Source of the DNA: an uncultured Fibrobacteria bacterium
GTDB taxonomy: Bacteria; Fibrobacterota; Fibrobacteria; UBA11236
Assembly: GCA_963716395.1 (NCBI GenBank)
Contig: OY970309.1
Coordinates: 2,016,001-2,080,000, forward strand
Length of the DNA stretch: 64,000 nt
Direction of reading: 5' to 3'
The notes beneath the pieces were generated by a model. The model was not told the origin of the DNA. It searched no databases and worked only from the letters and a program-made list of their open reading frames with translations. Position numbers and translations under genes: made by a program. Positions 43,777 to 53,571 of the stretch are shown piece by piece (positions within the stretch are counted from its first letter, which is position 1; each line of letters begins with the position of its first letter).

Positions 43777-44379
43777 ATGAGCCAATTGCAGGACACTGTC
43801 CTGTTTTTGAAAAGGCATGGTCCATGCCGGACACGGGAAATTGAAGCCGCGGGATATCGGCGCCAGGATCTGCAATACCTGATCAAATCAGGAAAGGTTG
43901 AGCGTTTGGGCCGTGGCATTTACCAAGTGGCCAAGGCTGACGTCCTGACCAATCCAAGTTTTGCAGAATTGTTTTTGCGATCGCCACAGGTGGTCCTCTG
44001 TCTGCTATCGGCGCTCCATTTTCATGAACTGACAACTCAGCTTCCGCACGAAGTTTGGGTGGCGGTGAGAATGAATTCTCGGGCTCCTAAGCTGAATTAT
44101 CCACCGCTTCGGGTTGCGCACTTTTCCGGACCTGCATTCACGAAAGGTGTTGAATTCCATAAGGCGGATGGTATTTCCATCAGGGTTTATAGTGTGGCTA
44201 AAACCGTGGCCGACCTTTTCAAAATGAGAAACAAGGTGGGATTGGATATAGCCATGGAAGCATTGCGCGAAGCGCTCAGGACGAGAAAGACCACCCGCGC
44301 GGAAATAATCAAGATGGCCAAGGTCTGCCGGATGGAAAGGATCATGCGTCCGTACCTGGAAATGGAGGCCGCGATTTGA
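43777..44379 (+). CDS. abiEi: Type IV toxin-antitoxin AbiEi antitoxin
   Basis: N-terminal wHTH (GKVERLGRGIY), CLLSALHFHELTTQLPHEVWVA and YSVAKTVADLFKMRNKVGLDIAMEALR. Confidence 0.85.
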   Translation: MSQLQDTVLFLKRHGPCRTREIEAAGYRRQDLQYLIKSGKVERLGRGIYQVAKADVLTNPSFAELFLRSPQVVLCLLSALHFHELTTQLPHEVWVAVRMNSRAPKLNYPPLRVAHFSGPAFTKGVEFHKADGISIRVYSVAKTVADLFKMRNKVGLDIAMEALREALRTRKTTRAEIIKMAKVCRMERIMRPYLEMEAAI

Positions 44380-45245
44380 GCGATATGGCGCCTTCCGTGG
44401 CGCAGCGACTCCTGAATTTCAGCAAAGGCAATAACGAAGGATATAACTTCATTCTTGTCCGCTACGGTGTGGAGCGCCTGCTCTATCGGATATCCCAGCC
44501 GCCCACTGGCCAGAAGTTTGTTTTGAAGGGGGCGAGCCTTTTCTTAGTGTGCTTTGGGCATGCTTTTCGAACTACACGCGATGTGGACTTGCTGGGCATG
44601 GGTTCCTGGGACTTGGAGACGATATCGAAAATCTTCCGCGCATTATGCATGATCGATACGCTGGGCGTAGACGGATTGCTCTTCCAATCGAAAACGGTTC
44701 TGGTGAGTCGAATCAAAGAGGATCAAGACTATGAAGGCGTGCGCGTGCTTTTGCGCGCCTTGCTGGGGAAAACACACATCGATTTACAAGTTGATGTCGG
44801 GTTCGGAGATGCAATTACACCCGAAGCGGAGCGTGTCCATTTCCCAACCTTACTAGATGGACCGGCCCCTTTCCTTTTGGCTTATCCTCCATACACCGCA
44901 ATCGCCGAAAAATTCCAGGCTATGGTTGGTCTCGACATGGCGAATTCGAGAATGAAAGATTTCTACGACATTTGCGTGCTATTCCGTTCCCTTACTTTGG
45001 ATCCTGAAATTCTGGCAACGGCTGCGCAACGAACCTTTGCGCGTCGTAACATGCCCCTGCCTGGAGAAATGCCCACGGCGCTTACGCGAAATTTTTCCGA
45101 GGATCCGATGAAACAGGCCCAGTGGAATGCTTTTGTCAAAAAGAATCGGCTGACCTTGCCCATGGGTGACTTGACGGAAGTGGTCGAAGAATTGCGCATG
45201 CGCTTTGAACCGATAATGCAAATTCTGGAGTCATGGCGGGGCTGA
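44376..45245 (+). CDS. abiEii: AbiEii/AbiGii nucleotidyltransferase toxin
   Basis: ERLLYRIS, FVLKGA, RTTRDVDLL, VDVGFGD, IAEKFQAM and NSRMKDFYD; 4-bp overlap with abiEi. Confidence 0.9.
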   Translation: MSDMAPSVAQRLLNFSKGNNEGYNFILVRYGVERLLYRISQPPTGQKFVLKGASLFLVCFGHAFRTTRDVDLLGMGSWDLETISKIFRALCMIDTLGVDGLLFQSKTVLVSRIKEDQDYEGVRVLLRALLGKTHIDLQVDVGFGDAITPEAERVHFPTLLDGPAPFLLAYPPYTAIAEKFQAMVGLDMANSRMKDFYDICVLFRSLTLDPEILATAAQRTFARRNMPLPGEMPTALTRNFSEDPMKQAQWNAFVKKNRLTLPMGDLTEVVEELRMRFEPIMQILESWRG

Positions 45246-45815
45246 AATGTTGCGCGCTTCGTCACTTACAAACTGTCTGTACCCCGTTTAGCGAGACATC
45301 GTCACCTTCGCCCTCGCTCCGGTCGATGACGAGGTAAACGTGGCCCTGGGCGAAGTCTTTGGCGATTCGGATCCCACCCACTCGACCGTGCCCCCGACGG
45401 CGACCTCGGGTTCGCCTCCCGTCGGTTCCGCCTAGGCACGCCGATGCGGATGCCATGCGAAACCGCTGCGTTCCCGAAGCCTAAAGGTTACCCATGCGCC
45501 CAAATCGGTGCATTCAACTTGCATGCTTCTCGGCTTCGATGGATTGCGTTGATGAAGACGTAGGAAACGATTCAGGTCATACTGAACGATATGTCCGTCG
45601 CGGGCGAACCCGCGGGTCCACCCGCGGCGACAAAACCCAAATCGCGCGAATTCAAGCGCAAGCGCTTGATTGGGCGGCGAAAGTTAAAACACGGGCTTTG
45701 ATGAACCCCGCAAATTCTGAGCGTTGTAATTGTGTGAGATATGTATCTATAATTCGGATGCGTAAAAAAAGTCCTGGCGCTACTTTAAAACTAAAGCATG
45801 AACGGAGTCGTGAAA

Positions 45816-48800
45816 ATGCTACGAAAATCAATCGTTAATGCTGCAAACGGTTTGTTTTTATCGAAATTAGCGGGGGGGGGGATGAGGCGCTATCGTCATC
45901 GTCGCCGTTATTCTCTCGCCTAAACCATTCGCGCTTTCTAAAACCTTTCGCCTTCCTTCTGGGGCTAATTCTGTTGCCGGCAGCCGGAGTTCAGGCTCAG
46001 TCCTGCTTGGATGGGTATTCGCTTTATTCGGATGTTCAAACCGTTTTGGGCGACCGGGATAGCCTTGCCTCGGGCAATGCGGGCTCCAACGGATACCTGG
46101 AACTCGGCATAGATGGTAAAAGCCACGGGGACTTCGTAGCCAAAGGCAACATACTGCTTAAGGACAGGTCCACGGTATTCGCAAATGTAGCAGCGGGGGG
46201 GTCGGTAACCGTCGGCTCAGGAGCGGTCATCACCGGAACCCTGGTCCAAAACGCCTCCGTGCCTACGTGTGCACTTCCGCAAATAACCGTGACCCCGGGA
46301 GCAGGTGATATCAATGTTTACAACGGAACCACGGAGGAGTTGGCGCCGGGCGCCTATCGTAACGTCCAAGTGTATGGCAATGGCCGCCTGAAACTCAGTG
46401 ACGGCGTATATCGGTTCAATTCTTTGCAGACCTATGCCGATGGCCAATTCGAGTTCGACCCGGGATCCGGCAATATCGAAGTGCTGGTCGCCAACTCGCT
46501 TGCCATCGGTGACCGCACCCAATTCAATTTCACCGGCAACGCGCTGCCTGAACAGGTGAAGTTTCACAGCCAACAGACGAGCGACCTGACCATTGGTACC
46601 GATATTCAGTTCCAGGGCACTTTGGTGGCGCCTCTGGCCACGGTCAAGGCGTATTCACGCACGGTTTTTCACGGGGCGGTTTATGCCAAAACCATCAGTT
46701 TTGAACCGGACGTGAAGGTCTTTTACGAGCCGCTGACTCCCACCACCGTAATGATCTCCAGCCCCATGAGCGGCACGAGCACCAATGATTCCGTGATTCA
46801 GGTGACCTGGGCGGTTTCGGGGACGATGCAAGTGGTGCAAACCACCGATACCCTGACCCATTTCGGCATCAATACGATCAAGCGTTGCTTTGGATCGGTA
46901 TGCGACTCCATCGTCGTTTATTTGGATTCTGTCGAAATTCCCACGCCCAAGGTCGATTTTCGCTATTGCGCCGACCGGTATTTGATCTATTCCCAGCAGA
47001 CGTCCCAACTGGGAGAAGGCGTGCAAACCGTGGGGGGCGACGTGGGATCGGCCAACCAAGTGAACCTGGGGCAACAAGCCGAGATTTGGGGCTCGCTTGT
47101 TTCGAGTCACACCGCCAGCTTGGAGACAAACGCCGTGGTGAAAGGCATGGCGATAGTGGGCGATTCGATAACCCTGGATAGTGGTGCCCAGGTGGTGGAT
47201 AGTATCATCGAACATGCGGTCGGTTTGCAGGCCTGCCCCATTCCCACCTTGCCGAAGATTTCTTATGGGACCGGCAGCCTGGTCATTCCGCCCGGGCCTC
47301 AGCAAAACTTGGCTCCGGGAAAGTATGGAGATGTCCTGACCACTTCCGGGGCCACTTTGCATCTTAGTTCCGGCTCCTATAATTTTCAAAGCCTACGCCT
47401 GGACAGTTTGGCGGCACTAACCGTCGATCTTACCAATGGGCCCATTCAGATCAATGTGGAGGAGTATTTGAGCATTGGCCGGGAGGCCGAAATAGATGAA
47501 GTCGCCGGCGACACCAGTGAATTGATTACCATCTATACGAATCAAAGTGACACCGTGCGCATTCAATCTTTTGCCGGTGTGAGTGGAATCATCGTGGCGC
47601 CCTATGCACCCATTTTGGTGGGTGATAGCGTGGAAGTGGTGGGGCGTTTGTATCGGAAAAGACGTGATCCTTTCTGCGGGTGACATGGTCTACATGCAAC
47701 AGGTGCCCGACTCGTCGGCTTTTCCGCCTGCGCCCTCCATTCCGATAGTCACGGACACGATTCGGACATTTTGACTCCCTGTTTAGCCAGGTCACCCCGG
47801 GCCAGAAATCGCCGATCTGGCATCAAAGCGATCCTTACACCTATTCAAAAGCAGCCTATGGGGCCATTGGCGATGGCGAGCGACAATTTGCGCAAAAGAT
47901 GCATATGGGCTGGTATGAAATTTACGGTAATCAGGGCACGGATAGAACGGGAACCCGAACACCTTGATCACCTCCTTGCTTCCGGCCGTAGATCCTCCGC
48001 CCGGCGAGAATATCGTTCGAAAAGTGGCCACCATAGAGGCCAGAAACGATGCCTATGAATACGGCGCGAAACAATTCGGGGAAGATTTGGAGGACTTCGC
48101 CTGGGCCGATGCCGGCTGGTATGTGTGGCCGTTTAAAGGGTGCTGGGTGGATATCCCTTATCCTTGCATACGCAGATGGCGCTTTCGCATTTGCCATCAA
48201 AGGTTGCCCGGAATATGCGTACGGCCCAAGCCCAGCTTCCGCTTCCACCAGCCGCAAGCGGACGAAATGGTAGCGGCGGACAGAATGCAGATTCTGGATG
48301 CAATTCATCGCGACAAGTGCGCCGGCCGTTCCGGTAAGACAATCTGGGAAATCGGCAATGAACCCAATCTATTCCCCTATATCTTGCCGCAAGACTATGC
48401 CGATCTGGTGCGGGCTTATTACACGCTCATCAAGCAGGCCGACCCCCATGCCGCCGTGGCCTTCGGCTCGCTTTTCGACGTCGATTTCATGAAACAAGAT
48501 GCGAGGGACGCCCTGAACACCATGGCCACTACGGCTATTTTCACTGCAGGAGTCGCCGGAGCGGTGGTACTGAGTCCGCTTGTGGGTATCCTGACAGGAA
48601 TCGTTCTTAACGACGTGCGCGATGAGATGCGTGATAATATTTTCTTCCGCTACACTACGCGCGATTACTTTTCCCTGGTTTTGGCCAACCTCGACCCGAG
48701 CATCAAGCCTGAGGCCATTTCCGTGCATTACTACCCCTTTGACATTGAGGGCCGTTCTACGTCAGACGAGATAAAATCGCATATTGCCAATACCTCGGGC

Positions 48801-49222
48801 TGGCTTTCGTCTGATTTATACCGGAATCGCAGCCAATACGATCCGGTGGTCATTACCGAGACGGGAAATATCAACTGGAAACTCAATGACGAGACCGACG
48901 GTCCTGCCTAGAATGGTTGACATTCTCGATGGCGTGAAAAGGGGCATGTACCTCGGGGAAGCCAACGTGAATTACAATGCGCTGGTACTTTGGTACAAAC
49001 CGCTCACAGTCGACCCCAAATTCAATGGTTTGATCAAGCATTCCGTTTGTCGGCATCGACAACCCGCCGTTCACGAGGTTTATCAATGATGCGAAAACTG
49101 ATGTAAATGACGTTCAAGGATTTATCAATCTCAATGGATGGCCCTCTTTTTGTGGCGACATCAACAGTCTCGGCTTAGAATACTACCGAAGAATCAATGG
49201 AGTTGAATGTGGTGCGCCTTAA
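45816..49222 (+). pseudogene. Large secreted protein (two beta-helix-like N-terminal domains plus a GH-A-like catalytic domain), read through several single-base frameshifts (real or sequencing errors)
   Basis: GGAG RBS and ATG 45816, a G10 tract, signal peptide ..FAFLLGLILLPAAGVQA; two homologous domains (LAPGxY..V....L.LS.G.Y.F.SL..G..VAP.A); then IWEIGNEPN, LIKQADP, SVHYYP and ITETG; ends CGDINSLGLEYYRRINGVECGAP*. Frame breaks near 45880, 47655, 47765, 47950, 48895 and 49050. Confidence 0.6.
45872..45881 (+). repeat. Poly-G (G10) tract in the 5' coding region; candidate phase-variation switch
   Basis: With G10 the ATG 45816 frame stops after MRRYRHRRRYSLA; G11 or G8 would fuse it to the long signal-peptide frame. 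Confidence 0.55.
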
Positions 49223-49709
49223 TACTGCATTCGTGTTCGCGTTTTCCTTATGCCTCTTTGGATGCGGTTTGTTTTCCGATTCTTCCTACGAAGAAGACGT
49301 TTTAAACGATAGAAGTATTGTGGACGAAATTATCAAGGCCAATCCGGTATTGGATTCTGCTGTACAAGCCGGTCATTACTTTCTGCCCTACAGTAGCGAA
49401 TCCGGTCGAATTACTGGAAATTTGGATTTAAGCGATTTAGGGCTCAACGACAGCAATTTTTATTTTCCTAAAAGCATTAATGATTTTAAAATCGTCAATC
49501 AGGTTAATCTTATCGGTAACGACTTTACCGATTTGCCACAAGGTATACACCAAAAAAAATGGGATGTCGTATTGGTTTTGGGCAACAAAATGTGCAATCC
49601 TAGCCAAGAAACAATCGATTATTTGGATAGTTTGATGAAAGGTTTTCCCGGTGGTTACTGGCGCGACTCCCAGCACTGCAGCGATTCCATTCCGGCGCCC
49701 TCGCCATGA
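49197..49709 (+). CDS. LRR lipoprotein, array copy 1 (intact)
   Basis: Lipobox CLFGC; LRR-like GNLDLSDLGL, VNLIGNDFTDLP and VLVLGNKMC; C-terminal WRDSQHC cap; overlaps the stop of the upstream gene (true start may be GTG 49209). Confidence 0.75.
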   Translation: MELNVVRLNTAFVFAFSLCLFGCGLFSDSSYEEDVLNDRSIVDEIIKANPVLDSAVQAGHYFLPYSSESGRITGNLDLSDLGLNDSNFYFPKSINDFKIVNQVNLIGNDFTDLPQGIHQKKWDVVLVLGNKMCNPSQETIDYLDSLMKGFPGGYWRDSQHCSDSIPAPSP

Positions 49710-49869
49710 AATGAAAAAAAATTCAGGAGGTGATTTTCTGCCTGGGCATTTTATCACAACGAAACCATCCGGGCGGTTTATTGCCTCCGGCTTTCTCCTG
49801 TCTTGTTCGGGTATCCAAACTTTTGCGGTGACATGAACAGTCTCGGCTTGGAATACTACCGAAGAATCA

Positions 49870-50386
49870 ATGGAGGTGCTTGTGTTGCGCCTTAATATTT
49901 TGTTGGTTTGTTTGATAACATTGTTTATCTACGGATGCGGGTTTCTATTTGGAGATTCTTACGAGGAGGACAAAAATAATGACTGGAAAATCGTACGTGA
50001 AATAATTGCGGCCAATCCCGTGCTCAGTTCTGCAATTGATTCCGGCCACTACTTTTTGCCGACAGATGCAGAGTATGGCAGGATTACTGGAGAATTAAAT
50101 CTAGGTGGTTTGGGATTAAATGACAGCAATTTTTATTTTCCCGCAAGTATTCGTAATTTCAGAATAGTGAAATCCTGTTAATCTAGCCAACAATCAATTC
50201 ACAGACTTACCGAGAGGTACCCGAAATAAGAATTGGAATTGCCGTCTTAGTTATGGGCAAACAAAATATGCAACCCTAGCCAGGCAACGATCGATTATTT
50301 GGATAGTATTGATGAAAGGATCACCAGGAGGTTACTGGCGCGACTCCCAGCACTGCAACGATTCCATTCCGGCGCCCTCGCCATGA
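49870..50386 (+). pseudogene. LRR lipoprotein, array copy 2 (about four single-base insertions)
   Basis: Lipobox IYGC; ELNLGGLGL; removing the extra bases restores VKSVNLANNQFTDLP..VLVMGNKICNPSQ..GGYWRDSQHCNDSIPAPSP*. Confidence 0.7.
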
Positions 50387-50543
50387 AATGAAAAAATCAG
50401 GAGGTGATTTTCTGCCTGGGCATTTTATCACAACGAAACCATCCGGGCGGTTTATTGCCTCCGGCTTTCCCTTGTCTTGTTCGGGTATCCAAACTTTTGC
50501 GGTGACATGAACAGTCTCGGCTTGGAATACTACCGAAGAATCA

Positions 50544-51058
50544 ATGGAGGTGCTTGTGTTGCGCCTTAAATAATTTGTTGGTTTGTTTGATAACATTGTT
50601 TATCTACGGATGCGGGTTTCTATTTGGAGATTCTTACGAGGAGGATAAAAATAATGACTGGAAAATCGTGCGTGAAATAATCACGGCCAATCCCGTGCTC
50701 GGATTCTGCAATTGATTCCGGCCATTACTTTTTGCCGACAGATGCAGAATATGGCCGGATTACTGGAGAATTGGATTTGAGTGGATTGGGACTTAGTGAT
50801 AGTGATTTTTATTTCCCTAAAAGCATTCAAAATTTCAGAATCGTCAAATCTGTTAATTTATCTCGTAATAATTTCACAGAGTTGCCATTAGGTACCAGGC
50901 TTAAAAGCTGGTTGTCGGTTTTGGTATTAGGGAATAAAATGTGCAACCCCAGTACAGAAACGGTGGCGTACTTGGATACCTTAATGAAGGGATTTGGTGG
51001 GCCCTATTGGCGAGACTCCCAGCGCTGTAATGATTCTATACCGGCGGCAGTCCCATGA
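50544..51058 (+). pseudogene. LRR lipoprotein, array copy 3 (insertions in the 5' part)
   Basis: 5' end nearly identical to copy 2; ORF 50732-51058 reads ELDLSGLGL..VNLSRNNFTELP..VLGNKMC..WRDSQRC. Confidence 0.7.
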
Positions 51059-51219
51059 TTGAGGCCAAAAGTTAGGCGGTGGTTCTGTGCTAGGGAAATC
51101 AGGTTCTCTGACAAAGTCTTGTCGGCATTTTTCCCCCTTGATGGCCCTAGCGTTCTACGGATGGTCCTCATTTTGCGGTGACATGAACAGTCTCGGCTTG
51201 GAATACTACCGAAGAATCA

Positions 51220-51736
51220 ATGGAGTTGATTGCGGTGCGCCTTAATATTTTGTTGGTTTGTTTGATAACATTGTTTATCTACGGATGCGGGTTTCTATTT
51301 GGAGATTCTTACGAGGAGGACAAAAATAATGACTGGAAAATCGTGCGTGAAATAATTACGGCCAATCCCGTGCTCAGATCTGCCAATTGATTCCGGCCAT
51401 TACTTTTTGCCGACGGATGCCGAGTATGGCCGGATTACTGGAGATTGGATTTAGATGGTTTGGGATTAAATGACACCAATTTTCATTTTCCCGCGAGTAT
51501 TCGTAATTTCAAGATCGTTAAATTCCTTAGTTTATGCCGCTAACGAATTCTACAGACTACCGTAAGGCACAAGAGACAAAAAATGGGAGAGTCGTGGTGC
51601 CTTGGTTCAACAATATTTGCAACCCAAGTCTGAAACGGTGACGTATTTGGATAAAATGATGGAGGGATTTCCGGGTGGTCCCTATTGGCGCGATACCCAG
51701 CACTGTAGTGATTCCACTCCGGCGCCCTCGCCATGA
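51220..51736 (+). pseudogene. LRR lipoprotein, array copy 4 (several indels)
   Basis: Same signal/lipobox DNA as copies 2-3; LDLDGLGLNDTNFHFPASIRNFKIVK; ends WRDTQHCSDSTPAPSP*. Confidence 0.65.
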
Positions 51737-52064
51737 AATGAAAAAATCAGGGGGGTGATTTTCTGCCTGGGCATTTTATCACAACGAAACTATCCGGGCG
51801 GTTTTTTGCCTCCGGCTTTCTCCTGTCTTGTTCGGGTATCCAAACTTTTGCGGTGACATGAACAGTCTCGGCTTGGAATACTACCGAAGAATTAATGGAG
51901 TTGAATGTGGTGGATCTGAATCGGGGTGAACCTTATCTTCGATACCCACCGGAATCTTTGAAGTCGGAACAGAAGGCGTTGAGGCGGGATGATTTGGACG
52001 GCAGTAAGAAATGGGTGCTTCAAAAACCGGCTGAAACAGGAATCAAAAAATCCGGGAGGTTGAT

Positions 52065-53201
52065 ATGTACAAGACTGTTACGGTGATACTTTGGTTGTTG
52101 GCGGCAATCGTGCATGGGCAATCGGTGTGGACTATGGAGAATCCATTGCCGACCCTAAAACAACCGATCTCCCTCACCTATGGAGACTCCCAATTCGTGA
52201 TGGTGGGTGAGGATAGCGTCGTGCTTACCTCTCCGGATGGATTAAACTGGACGCTTGGGAATTCGGGTACATTTTTTGCTCTGAACTCGGTGGTATGGGG
52301 TGGTTCCCAATTCGTTGCCGTGGGGATAGGAGGATACATTTTCACCTCGCCGGACGCCATTAGTTGGACATTCAGGACATCAGGGACACTTCTCTTGCTG
52401 AATGCCGTCGCCTTTGGTGGCAATCGTTTCGTGGCCGTTTCGCAAAGCGGCGCCATCCTCAGCTCGCCGGACGGCGTCACCTGGACGCCTGGCAATTCGG
52501 GAATATCGACCGCCTTGTATTCCATTACTTACGGCGATTCCCAATTCGTGGCCGCGGGGCAAGGCGGCGCCATCCTCACCTCGCCGGACGGCGCCACCTG
52601 GACATCCAGGAGCTCAGGTACTGCATCTATTCTTTATTGCATCACCTATGGCGGCTCCCAGTTCCTGGCCGCGGGGCAAGGCGGCACCATCCTCACTTCA
52701 CCGGACGGCATCAACTGGACGCCTAAGAATTCGGGCACGACGGTCGACTTGAACGCAGCCACCTATGGCGGCGCCCAGTTCGTAGCCGTCGGCAATGGCG
52801 GCACCATTCTCACCTCGCCCGACGGCGTCAACTGGAAGACCGTGATACTCGAAACGGGGGGGGGGTTGTCTGCAGTCGCATTCGGCAATTCGAAGTATGT
52901 GGTTTTCGACGGTTTAAATTTGCTGTTTTCGACCCCAGACGGCGCTGGCGCCATTGTCGGCTCGGTGGCCCGCGGCATTTCGCTGCGCCTGACTTCTTCC
53001 GATCTCTTCGCTTCGTATCCAAGGTTTTCCGGCCAGTCCGTGCACGCAGGCATATTTACCGCCAGTGGAAACAAGGTGATGGAGGCTTGGGGCCGAGGCG
53101 ACGGAATCTCTCTGTCCATCGGCGGCTTGGCCAATGGCGTTTATTCACTGGATGTCGTGTGCGGTAAGGAGCGGGCCAGTAGCAGGTTTGTGAAGCGTTA
53201 G
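52065..53201 (+). CDS. Secreted beta-propeller repeat protein (BNR/YCF48-like) with a T9SS-type C-terminal domain
   Basis: GGGAGG RBS, signal peptide, six ~39-aa repeats (FVAVG.GG.ILTSPDG.NWT) and C-terminal LANGVYSL..RFVKR. Confidence 0.8.
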   Translation: MYKTVTVILWLLAAIVHGQSVWTMENPLPTLKQPISLTYGDSQFVMVGEDSVVLTSPDGLNWTLGNSGTFFALNSVVWGGSQFVAVGIGGYIFTSPDAISWTFRTSGTLLLLNAVAFGGNRFVAVSQSGAILSSPDGVTWTPGNSGISTALYSITYGDSQFVAAGQGGAILTSPDGATWTSRSSGTASILYCITYGGSQFLAAGQGGTILTSPDGINWTPKNSGTTVDLNAATYGGAQFVAVGNGGTILTSPDGVNWKTVILETGGGLSAVAFGNSKYVVFDGLNLLFSTPDGAGAIVGSVARGISLRLTSSDLFASYPRFSGQSVHAGIFTASGNKVMEAWGRGDGISLSIGGLANGVYSLDVVCGKERASSRFVKR

Positions 53202-53234
53202 GCTGAGTCTTGCGGGAATTAAGCCGGAATCAAA

Positions 53235-53474
53235 TTGCCGATATTAAAATTAATGGTGCCTTTAGTTTCTCTTCAAAATCAGTTCGCTGAAACTGTTCGA
53301 CCAATTTGGAAATTGAATCATCAGCTTTCGCAATCAAATATCAAGTTGATTTTGAGCAAAGAGAAGCTTCTCCCCCTCATCTCCGGCAAACTCTCCGTCG
53401 AAAATCTCGACATCCAATTCCCGCCCAGCATGCGCGAGAAAATTGTGCCCCAGACCTTGGCACAAATAGCGTAA
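53235..53474 (+). pseudogene. hsdS: 3' fragment of a type I restriction-modification specificity subunit (HsdS)
   Basis: VP..LQNQFAETVRPI..L..KEKLLPLISGKLSVENLDIQFPP matches the conserved HsdS C-terminal helix; the 5' part is missing. Confidence 0.6.
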
Positions 53475-53537
53475 ACCGCTGGTTATGGCAGTAAAACCGA
53501 TTTTGTCCCAAAAATGGCGCTTTATTGCGATTAACAT

Positions 53538-53561
53538 TGGTATATACTATGGTATATGCCA
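53538..53561. promoter_or_regulatory. vapBC operator-like inverted repeat
   Basis: TGGTATATAC-TATG-GTATATGCCA (one mismatch) directly before the vapB RBS. Confidence 0.55.
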
Positions 53562-53571
53562 CGGAGGGAAA

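Larger units (their letters stand above)
49151..51912 (+). repeat. Tandem array of ~675-bp units (four full plus a stub), each a conserved ~70-bp anchor, an LRR lipoprotein gene and a spacer
   Basis: Anchor TG(T/C)GG(C/T)GACAT(C/G)AACAGTCTCGGCTT(A/G)GAATACTACCGAAGAAT(C/T)AATGGAG at 49151, 49824, 50498, 51174 and 51849 (periods 673, 674, 676, 675). Confidence 0.9.

Noticed and set aside
49197-51736. Diversity-generating retroelement (template/variable repeats)
   Set aside because: No reverse transcriptase is seen in the window, and differences between copies are not adenine-restricted and include many synonymous changes.
49151-51912. CRISPR array interpretation of the recurring ~70-bp anchor
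   Set aside because: The intervals are ~600 bp, homologous to each other and protein-coding; no cas genes are present.
49151-51912. Integron cassette array
   Set aside because: No IntI tyrosine recombinase and no clear RYYYAAC/GTTRRRY attC ends; the units are paralogues of one gene.
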